From the NCBI GenBank assembly GCA_001774395.1, contig MEZX01000002.1, positions 96,753-160,752 on the forward strand: a stretch of DNA of 64,000 nt. The letters are read 5' to 3'. The notes beneath the pieces are model-generated. The model searched no databases, was not told the DNA's origin, and saw only the letters and a program-made list of their open reading frames with translations. Positions 57,202 through 64,000 of the stretch are shown here, piece after piece; the first letter of the stretch is position 1; every line of letters begins with the position of its first letter. This DNA is from Candidatus Berkelbacteria bacterium RIFCSPLOWO2_01_FULL_50_28 (GTDB taxonomy: Bacteria > Patescibacteriota > UBA1384 > 2-12-FULL-50-11). The position numbers and the translations under genes were made by a program.

Positions 57202-57228
57202 CGAAAGTTAAACTATCGTTCGGTTGGC

Positions 57229-58626
57229 GTGCTGTCAAACTACCCTGTTTTTCAGTACGCTTTTAGTATGGATTTAGGCAATATATTTCGGGCGTACGAT
57301 GTGCGCGGAATTTACCCGTCGGAGATTAATGAGGCTGTGGCGCAACGCATTGCCCAAGCCGGGGCGCAGTTTTTGAACGCGAAAACTATGGCAGTTGGCC
57401 GCGATGTTCGCCTGTCGAGCCCGAGGCTGGAGAAAGCTGTTATTGACGGTTTGATAAGCGCAGGCGTGGACGTTATGGAAATCGGCGCTGTGCCAACCGA
57501 GCTTCTCTACTTTGCCGTGGGTTACTATAATCTCGGTGGCGGTATCCAAGTGACGGCCTCACACAACCCAGCCCAGTTCAACGGCCTCAAGTTTATCGGT
57601 GAAGGCGTTAAGGCTTTGAGCGAGGAAGACGGTTTGCAAGAGATTCGACACTTTGCCGACTCTGATCGTAGGTTTGACGCCGAAAGAGATGGTGAGGTGC
57701 ACTCTCGCAATGTTGAGGAAGCCTACTTCGACTTTCTGACCCAGTTTTGCAGTTTTGATAACGGTCGAAAATTAAAAATTGTCGCCAACAATAACTTCGG
57801 CCTGAGCGGACCGGTAGTAGAGCGTTTGCTGAAACGACTAGCTAGCGACCATATTCAACTCATCAAGCTCAATTTTGAACCAAACGGGACATTTCCCGAC
57901 GGTCCGCCTAACCCGTTGCTGGAGAAAGTTCAGAGACAAACCCGTGTGCAGCTCCTTGAGCACCAAGCTGATTTCGCCGTGATGTGGGACGCTGATGGCG
58001 ACCGGTGTATGCTAATGGATGAGCGAGGGGAAGTTATTGAGAACTGTCACCTGACAGCCTTGCTGGCTGTATACCTGCTCAAGGAAAACCCTGGATCGAA
58101 GATTATTCACGACCCACGAAATGTTTGGGCAGTTGACGAAGCCGTTAAGTCATCTGGCGGCGTGCCGCTCGTGAATCGAGCTGGACACGCTTTCATTAAG
58201 CACCGGATGAGAGAAGAGGGGGCGCTGTTTGCCGGAGAGACAAGCGGGCATTTCTACTTTCGCGATTTTTTCTTTGCCGACTCCGGAATTATCCCATTTT
58301 TGCTGTTTCTAAATATCGTGGCCAATTCAGACCAAAAAGTCTCGGAGCTTTTTGCCCATCTGCGCGCTAAATACCCAGTATCGGGCGAGATAAACTTCGA
58401 GTTTGAAGATAACTACAAAGTGGTCGAAGAGGCTAGAAAAAGATACATCAAAGGTGAGATTGATAATACCGACGGTCTATCAGTCAGCTATAAGAACTGG
58501 CGTTTCAATTTACACGTTGCCAACACGGAGAATCGCTTACGACTGAATGTGGAAGCGCATGACAAGTGGACTCTCCAGGCAAAAACCGACGAACTGGTGA
58601 CGTTGATAAAGTCTTTGAGCGCCTAA
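57229..58626 (+). CDS. Phosphomannomutase/phosphoglucomutase (alpha-D-phosphohexomutase family).
   Basis: Active-site loop TASHNPAQFNGLKF; metal-binding DADGDR. Confidence 0.85.
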   Translation: MLSNYPVFQYAFSMDLGNIFRAYDVRGIYPSEINEAVAQRIAQAGAQFLNAKTMAVGRDVRLSSPRLEKAVIDGLISAGVDVMEIGAVPTELLYFAVGYYNLGGGIQVTASHNPAQFNGLKFIGEGVKALSEEDGLQEIRHFADSDRRFDAERDGEVHSRNVEEAYFDFLTQFCSFDNGRKLKIVANNNFGLSGPVVERLLKRLASDHIQLIKLNFEPNGTFPDGPPNPLLEKVQRQTRVQLLEHQADFAVMWDADGDRCMLMDERGEVIENCHLTALLAVYLLKENPGSKIIHDPRNVWAVDEAVKSSGGVPLVNRAGHAFIKHRMREEGALFAGETSGHFYFRDFFFADSGIIPFLLFLNIVANSDQKVSELFAHLRAKYPVSGEINFEFEDNYKVVEEARKRYIKGEIDNTDGLSVSYKNWRFNLHVANTENRLRLNVEAHDKWTLQAKTDELVTLIKSLSA

Positions 58627-58667
58627 GCTAGGGGGTTGAATTCTAACTCGGGCGCTCGGGCGGAGCC

Positions 58668-58970
58668 TTACTCGTCTTTGTCTGGCAACGGTACCAGGCC
58701 AATCCCTTCGCGGGCGGCATGGATGTAGCAGACTCCGAAGAGCAGTTGCTTGCGCTTTCCATTCCTCTTCACCTCTCTGAGGGTCACGCGATCGTCGTAC
58801 CAAGCGCGGTCGCCCACGCGTACAGGCAGACAATTCTCAGTGTCGCAGAACCAACAGATGCCGCGGTAGTTAGCCGGCGGCGAATCCTTGGTTCGAACAG
58901 TCGGGTGAACGTTATGTCGAGCAATGGCCTCGGCAAGTTCACAAGTGACAAAGGGCGCCTTGTAGCTCAA
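58668..58970 (-). CDS. Hypothetical Cys-rich small protein (putative zinc ribbon). The call is uncertain because an equally long antisense ORF lies at 58719-59045.
   Basis: CxxC-like spacing CWFCDTENC...C; no SD recognised. Confidence 0.3.
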   Translation of the reverse strand: MSYKAPFVTCELAEAIARHNVHPTVRTKDSPPANYRGICWFCDTENCLPVRVGDRAWYDDRVTLREVKRNGKRKQLLFGVCYIHAAREGIGLVPLPDKDE

Positions 58971-59076
58971 GGCGATTCACCTCCTAAAGACCCGGAGGCA
59001 GTTCCACGGGGTACCACCCCCGCCCTGATGCACGTAGCAAAATAATCGTATACGAAACAGCGTGCCCAACAAGGGA

Positions 59077-60051
59077 TTATCCTACAATCAGACCCAGCGC
59101 TTTTTTGGCTTTGGCTAGTGTTTCGGCGGCGATCGGTTGGGCCTTTTTGCGGCCTTCCTCAAGAATCTGAACTAGTGCGTCTTCATCCTTGAGCAGGGCG
59201 TGATAAGTTTTCTGGATCGGGCCCAAAAAGGCGATAACGTCGTCAATGAGCTGTTCCTTAAGCTCGGAGTAGCGCAGAGTGCCGTCTTTGTACTGGTTTT
59301 CGAGTCTAAGGTACGTCTCACGATTGCCAATTCCTTCAAGAATCGTAAACAAGTTTTTGACCGCTGGGCTCATCTCTTTAGCACCCGGATCGGAATCAGT
59401 TACCGCTCGTTTGATCGTTTGGGTCACGGCCGTTTCGTCGTCGAGAAGTGTTATGGCTGAGCCAGGGATAGATTTAGACATTTTGTGCTTCGGATCGTTC
59501 AAAGCCATGATGCGAGCCCCAGTGTTGAGTAGCGGCTTTGGCTCAATAAATGTTTTTTCAGCATGAGCATTGAAGCTCCTGACTAATTCCCGAGCGAGCT
59601 CGAGGTGTTGAACTTGATCGTCGCCAACCGGTACGACTTCGGCGTCGTAGAGCAAGACATCGGCGGCCATCAAAACCGGGTAAGTAAAAAGACCGGCGTT
59701 CTGGCCGTGGCGATCGGATTTTTCTTTGTACTGGGTCATCCGGTTCAGTGCTCCCATACTGACAAAGTTGCTGAGAATCCAGGCCAGCTCGGTGTGTTCC
59801 GAGATATCAGACTGGAGGAAGTAGGTCGTATTCTTCGGATCAACCCCGCAGGCGATCAGCATCGCCGCAACGTGGCGAGTTAGGTAACTCAAGTCTTTGG
59901 CAGTCGGTCGAATCGTCAGGGCGTGGTAATCGGCGATAAAGAAAAAACAGTCGTAATCGTTTTGGAGGTCAACAAACTGCTTGATCGCACCTAAATAGTT
60001 ACCAAGGTGAAGTTCCCCGGTTGGTTTAATGCCGCTAACGAGTCTTTTCAT
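59077..60051 (-). CDS. trpS: Tryptophan--tRNA ligase.
   Basis: HIGH-type motif TGELHLGN; KMSKS motif KMSKSIPGS. Confidence 0.95.
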   Translation of the reverse strand: MKRLVSGIKPTGELHLGNYLGAIKQFVDLQNDYDCFFFIADYHALTIRPTAKDLSYLTRHVAAMLIACGVDPKNTTYFLQSDISEHTELAWILSNFVSMGALNRMTQYKEKSDRHGQNAGLFTYPVLMAADVLLYDAEVVPVGDDQVQHLELARELVRSFNAHAEKTFIEPKPLLNTGARIMALNDPKHKMSKSIPGSAITLLDDETAVTQTIKRAVTDSDPGAKEMSPAVKNLFTILEGIGNRETYLRLENQYKDGTLRYSELKEQLIDDVIAFLGPIQKTYHALLKDEDALVQILEEGRKKAQPIAAETLAKAKKALGLIVG

Positions 60052-60091
60052 TGGCTTGATTGTACCCGAAACGTTACCAACCTTCTAAGTC

Positions 60092-61288
60092 TTACTCGTA
60101 ACGAAGCGCCTCAAGCGGACTAATTTTCGTGGCTCGACGGGCAGGAATCAAACCGACTAACGCTCCCAGGAGTATTATTAGCCCGATTATCAGTAGTAGA
60201 AAGAGTGGCGGGGCGTAGTAGAAACTTGTTGTAGCGTTCCCGGTCGCCTTGGCAATCAGATTCACTATGCCGTTTAATCCGTAACCTACCCCAAGACCTA
60301 GCGCGATACCTCCGATACCACCCAAAATGCTAATAAGCATTCCTTCAACCAGGAACAATTTCCAGACATCACGCCGTTTGGTACCGAGCGTCTTCATAAC
60401 CCCAATCTCACGGGTACGTTCCATTAGCGAAACTGAGAGAGTGTTGAACATTCCGAGCGCCGCAACGAAGGTGGCAATTAGACCGAACCCGGCCAAGACG
60501 GTTCGAACGACGCTGAATATGCCGTTTAGCTGGCTGATAATGTCCCCGACGTATTCGGTTTGTAAACCGCCGAGATCGGCTATCTGTTGTCTGGTCTGGG
60601 CGATCTCCGAGACGTTCTCTACCTCAATCTTTGCGGCAGAGAAAGCAAATGCGCCGTAGGCGTCAACAACAGGCTGAATTGGAGCGGATAGATACGGTGT
60701 CTCACGGTCGTCAATAATTCCTACAACCGTGAAAGTAATCTCGTCTGTCTTTGGTTTGCCAGCTAATAGTCCCCCGCGCATTAAAGGTTGGAACGTAATT
60801 TTACTGTTCAGAACCTTCTCGGCCGGCAGGGAAAGCAAAGTAAGTACTGCGTCGGAAATCAGCAGCTCTCCCTTGTCGTCCGCAAACAAACGGCCTTTTT
60901 TTAGGGTTAAGTCAGTCTGTTGCAGATAGGTCGTGCTGTTGAATAGCGCAATAACATCTGCCTTTGTTGACGAGCTTGGAAGCGTTAGTTTGGCGGGCGT
61001 TTCCAGCTGGAGATGGATGCCCTTAACGTTGTTGAAGCTAGTAATTTTATTAACGATCTTACTATCGAGTTCGCCGATATCGCCAGTTCCCACCTTGACG
61101 TCAAAAAAGCTTAGAGATTTTGATTGAAGCGTTTCACGAATTGCCAAGCGTTGGATGCCGTAGCCGATTGAAACCAGGAATATTACGGCCGTGACGCCGA
61201 CAGCCACGCCACCGATTGTCAGCAAGGTACGACTGCGTCGGGAGGTTAAGTTTCTGAAGCCCAGGGAGATAATGTCTTTCCAGGTCAT
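60092..61288 (-). CDS. ABC transporter permease, FtsX/MacB-like, with a periplasmic domain between TM1 and TM2.
   Basis: FtsX-family C-terminal 3-TM region; 4-nt overlap with the upstream ATPase gene. Confidence 0.8.
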   Translation of the reverse strand: MTWKDIISLGFRNLTSRRSRTLLTIGGVAVGVTAVIFLVSIGYGIQRLAIRETLQSKSLSFFDVKVGTGDIGELDSKIVNKITSFNNVKGIHLQLETPAKLTLPSSSTKADVIALFNSTTYLQQTDLTLKKGRLFADDKGELLISDAVLTLLSLPAEKVLNSKITFQPLMRGGLLAGKPKTDEITFTVVGIIDDRETPYLSAPIQPVVDAYGAFAFSAAKIEVENVSEIAQTRQQIADLGGLQTEYVGDIISQLNGIFSVVRTVLAGFGLIATFVAALGMFNTLSVSLMERTREIGVMKTLGTKRRDVWKLFLVEGMLISILGGIGGIALGLGVGYGLNGIVNLIAKATGNATTSFYYAPPLFLLLIIGLIILLGALVGLIPARRATKISPLEALRYE

Positions 61289-62184
61289 GGTTTCGTTACC
61301 TTGGTTTGGGGCTTGGAAATTTCTTGAGCTAAGGATGGCTTAGATTTGACTTGGGTTTGAACCTTGCCAGTCGCAGAGCTGTCAGACGCAGGCTTCGTGG
61401 TGGCGGTAGCATTTCGGTCTGCCCATGAGCCAAGGATATCAGATATGCCTTTGTTGTTGTCTGGGCTAGCTGGGGGTCTTTTCACTTCCACATTCACGAT
61501 CTTGCCGTCGATCATTGAAACGATCTTTGATCCGTAGGGCATGTGGCTCATATTGTGAGTGACCATAATGATTGTTTTTCCGAGCTGTTCGTTGATTGTC
61601 TTTAGAAGCTCCATGACGACTATCGACGAGTCGGTGTCTAGGTTTCCAGTAGGCTCGTCGGCAAAGATTACTTCCGGCTCGGTAATCAGCGAGCGCATAA
61701 GCGAACAGCGCTGTTGCTCACCAACCGACAGTTCGTGCGGGTGCTGGTTGGCCAGTTTTTCCAGGTTGAGCACATGAAGCATCCTGTCCGCCTTGGCAAC
61801 GGCATCGCTCTTGGGAATGCGGTGCAGTAACAGCGGAAAAGCGACGTTCTCTCGAACCGAAAGCGCTTTGATCCAGATTGGCTGCTGATGAACCATGGCA
61901 ATGTGGTGACTACGCAACTCAGTTCGTTGGTCTTCGTGCATGGCAAAGATGTCTTGGTTATTGAAGTAAATCTTACCTTCCGAGGGCGGCTCCAGGCCGA
62001 ACATTAGATACATAAACGTGGATTTTCCACAGCCCGACGGGCCAATTAAAATCACGAATTCACCCGGAGTAATCTCAAGTTCGAGGTTGTGTAATACCTC
62101 AATCTCGCGCTTTCCTATCGGATAGCGCTTAGAGATCTTATCGACCTTGAAGATTGCTTCTACTGCCATAGTCGTGATAGCCAA
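61285..62184 (-). CDS. ABC transporter ATP-binding protein (MacB/LolD-like) with a low-complexity C-terminal tail.
   Basis: Walker A GPSGCGKST; signature LSVGEQQRCSLMRSL; Walker B IFADEPT. Confidence 0.9.
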   Translation of the reverse strand: MAITTMAVEAIFKVDKISKRYPIGKREIEVLHNLELEITPGEFVILIGPSGCGKSTFMYLMFGLEPPSEGKIYFNNQDIFAMHEDQRTELRSHHIAMVHQQPIWIKALSVRENVAFPLLLHRIPKSDAVAKADRMLHVLNLEKLANQHPHELSVGEQQRCSLMRSLITEPEVIFADEPTGNLDTDSSIVVMELLKTINEQLGKTIIMVTHNMSHMPYGSKIVSMIDGKIVNVEVKRPPASPDNNKGISDILGSWADRNATATTKPASDSSATGKVQTQVKSKPSLAQEISKPQTKVTKP

Positions 62185-64000
62185 CCGAAATTCTTTACTA
62201 GGGTTCGGCTGATTAGCTGAAGGGCGTTAAGGCGGCGAATACCGCCGGAAACGTTCTCGGGGTCGCTGTAGGTGATGTTGCCGGAGGAGTCGGCGAGTTT
62301 AACGCGGACCGAGTAAATTCCGCCGGCAGGTACGGAAATGCTGAGATTGTGCGATTGGTTCAGAGTATCCGCTTGACCGCTGATGTTGTAGGACGTTGCC
62401 GACGAGCCTTGAGCAACTTCAAGCTGAGCAACGGTTGGTTCGTTTGATTCTACCTTGGCGACCAGAATAGTTTTTCCGTCGGTTTGAGGTTGTGACATGA
62501 TGGCAAAGCTAAGAATCTCCGGAGGCTTGGTGTCGTCTTTTGTCGTGGCGTAGACGATCTCCGGAACGGCGTCGTTACCGAATGAGTCACTCCCGCCGGC
62601 GATAATCTTGTACGAACGTTTGGGTAACAGACCGCTAAGAACGATACTGTGCTTGGTGGAAAGTGGCTCACTGGCGGTTCGCTCTAGCTGAGTGGCACCG
62701 CTAGTTGAGTAAAGGACAGTTGTTGAAGTATCGATGTTAGAGGTATAGGTAACTTTTAAGGTTGGCGTATCAACTTTCAGTACTGGCTCAACCTCAACGT
62801 TACTGACAACCGGCATCGGCAGGGTTTCGAACTTGTTAATAACCTCTTGCGCAAAGACGTCACCGTCGCTCGTTACCATCCGGAAACCGTAAAAGTAATC
62901 GGTCGTGTCTTTCAGTCCCGTTAGGGCGATGCTGAAGTCCTGCCCGAAGCTGTCAAATTCCTTCACGCTACCGAACTCTGAAGTCTCGCCGTACTTCAGT
63001 TCGCCCTTAGCTTGGACGTTTGTCTTGAAACTGACCCGCGCGCTACTTAGGCTAATGTCGGTTACCTCAACGTCTTTCACTACAGGTGGCGGCGCGGTGG
63101 TTAGGTCCATCGCCCCATAGGTGGCGGTGTTGCCGTCAACATCGGTGGAGTAGAGGAAACATTTATAGGGGGTTGACGGGGTTAGCCCCTCGACTGAGAC
63201 GTTGTGAGCCAAGACTTGAGCGAAATCACCGGCAGTAATGTCTAAATCGTTAACTGTGAGACCGCATTTAACGAACGAAGTGCCCGAGCCGTCACCTTTG
63301 GCGCGAGTCGTGATCCAGCTGAAGGTGATGCGGCGAGCAAATATATTGGTGCTGATTGTCTCGCTGGCAATCGTTGGCGCGGAGGTGAACTTGCCAGTGG
63401 GGACGACGCTTAGACTGCTTGTGGAGACCGACTCGGTGTTGGTTTTAGTGTAGGCGGTGGTTTTGTAGTAGTAACGTGTGCCGCCGGTCAGGCCCTGGTC
63501 GACGTAAGCGGTGCCGGTGGTGCTGGAAATTACGGTGTACGTAACATCATCTGTGGAGCGGTAAACTTTGTACCCAGAGAAATTGCCTTCGTCGTAGGTG
63601 TCTGGTTCCTCCCAGGATAGAGCGGCGCCGTACTTCTGGGCGTCGCGATCCGAAAGGTCATTTAGATTGAAATCATTCGGTGCGCTCGGTGCGGCCGTAT
63701 TAGCGGAAAAGCTAACCTGCGCGTAGAGGTCGTAATCGACGTTGCCGGCGCCGTCTTTAGCGACCACGTAAAACGTGTTCTCTCCTTGCTGAGTCGCCAA
63801 CGCTGCTGGCCCAACCGACTCGGCCGATGTTTCGGTGCTATTGTTGGCGGTCGGTAGAGCGTTGACGCTCCAGCGGTAGCGCAGCAGCTCCAACTCTCCG
63901 ACGTACGTTAACGGCGGATCCCAAGTGATGGTAAAGGAGTTAGTCTCGGAGACTTCGTTATCCACTTCAATATTTTGCGGCGGGGTTGGTGCCGAACCAG
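62160..64000 (-). CDS. Large secreted protein with repeated fibronectin-III/Ig-like domains. It is 5'-partial because the frame stays open to the window edge (GTG at 63965 is only an internal candidate start).
   Basis: Repeated FN3-like signatures (ITWDPP...YRWSV; LSWEEPDT...YKVYRS). The frame is readable upstream of 63965 with no stop. Confidence 0.6.
   Translation of the reverse strand, partial: GSAPTPPQNIEVDNEVSETNSFTITWDPPLTYVGELELLRYRWSVNALPTANNSTETSAESVGPAALATQQGENTFYVVAKDGAGNVDYDLYAQVSFSANTAAPSAPNDFNLNDLSDRDAQKYGAALSWEEPDTYDEGNFSGYKVYRSTDDVTYTVISSTTGTAYVDQGLTGGTRYYYKTTAYTKTNTESVSTSSLSVVPTGKFTSAPTIASETISTNIFARRITFSWITTRAKGDGSGTSFVKCGLTVNDLDITAGDFAQVLAHNVSVEGLTPSTPYKCFLYSTDVDGNTATYGAMDLTTAPPPVVKDVEVTDISLSSARVSFKTNVQAKGELKYGETSEFGSVKEFDSFGQDFSIALTGLKDTTDYFYGFRMVTSDGDVFAQEVINKFETLPMPVVSNVEVEPVLKVDTPTLKVTYTSNIDTSTTVLYSTSGATQLERTASEPLSTKHSIVLSGLLPKRSYKIIAGGSDSFGNDAVPEIVYATTKDDTKPPEILSFAIMSQPQTDGKTILVAKVESNEPTVAQLEVAQGSSATSYNISGQADTLNQSHNLSISVPAGGIYSVRVKLADSSGNITYSDPENVSGGIRRLNALQLISRTLVKNFGWLSRLWQ

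Overview
This 64-kb window looks like a chromosomal origin-of-replication neighbourhood from a small-genome bacterium. The compact gene set and surface-protein content fit a Patescibacteria/CPR-like organism, but that placement is inference, not a database result.

Core backbone:
- Origin cluster: rpmH-rnpA-yidD-yidC on +, divergent from dnaA-dnaN-recF(-DUF721) on -. TTTTCCACA-type DnaA boxes and an AT-rich stretch sit in the dnaA-dnaN spacer (oriC).
- Four tRNA genes: Ser-TGA, an unusual GCG-anticodon tRNA, Ser-CGA and Ser-GCT.
- Housekeeping genes: comFC, hsp20, pyrG, trpS, a phosphomannomutase, a membrane H+-pyrophosphatase, vanW and a MacB/FtsX ABC pair.

Accessory content that stands out:
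1. VirB2/TrbC-like pilin locus (18.5-24.7 kb). Four consecutive genes share a VirB2/TrbC-like two-helix module. Two of them fuse that module to large Ig-like ectodomains, one carrying an HExxH zincin motif. An orphan solute-binding protein sits upstream and a PilB/GspE-type ATPase converges on the locus. This is the most novel-looking system in the window.
2. Envelope-attack-like operon (0.07-7.1 kb). An NlpC/P60 peptidase, a 1460-aa secreted giant protein, a C39-like cysteine peptidase and a small membrane protein run as one operon at the window start.
3. Glycan cluster (31.5-50.5 kb, about 19 kb). It contains two Wzx-type flippases, a GtrB/Dpm1-like GT2 with a DUF2304-like partner, three candidate GT-C membrane transferases (two are tandem paralogs), four GT4 enzymes, three SAM methyltransferases, a CapK/F390-synthetase-like ligase, and a nucleotide-sugar dehydrogenase with an epimerase.
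4. Diverged tandem copies of tRNA 5' halves sit immediately upstream of three different tRNA genes. One case shows an exact 63-bp periodicity.
5. A candidate dockerin/cohesin-like secreted-plus-anchored protein pair (28.9-31.4 kb).
6. Several long structured intergenic regions that may hold the rnpB, ffs or ssrA genes, none of which were found directly.
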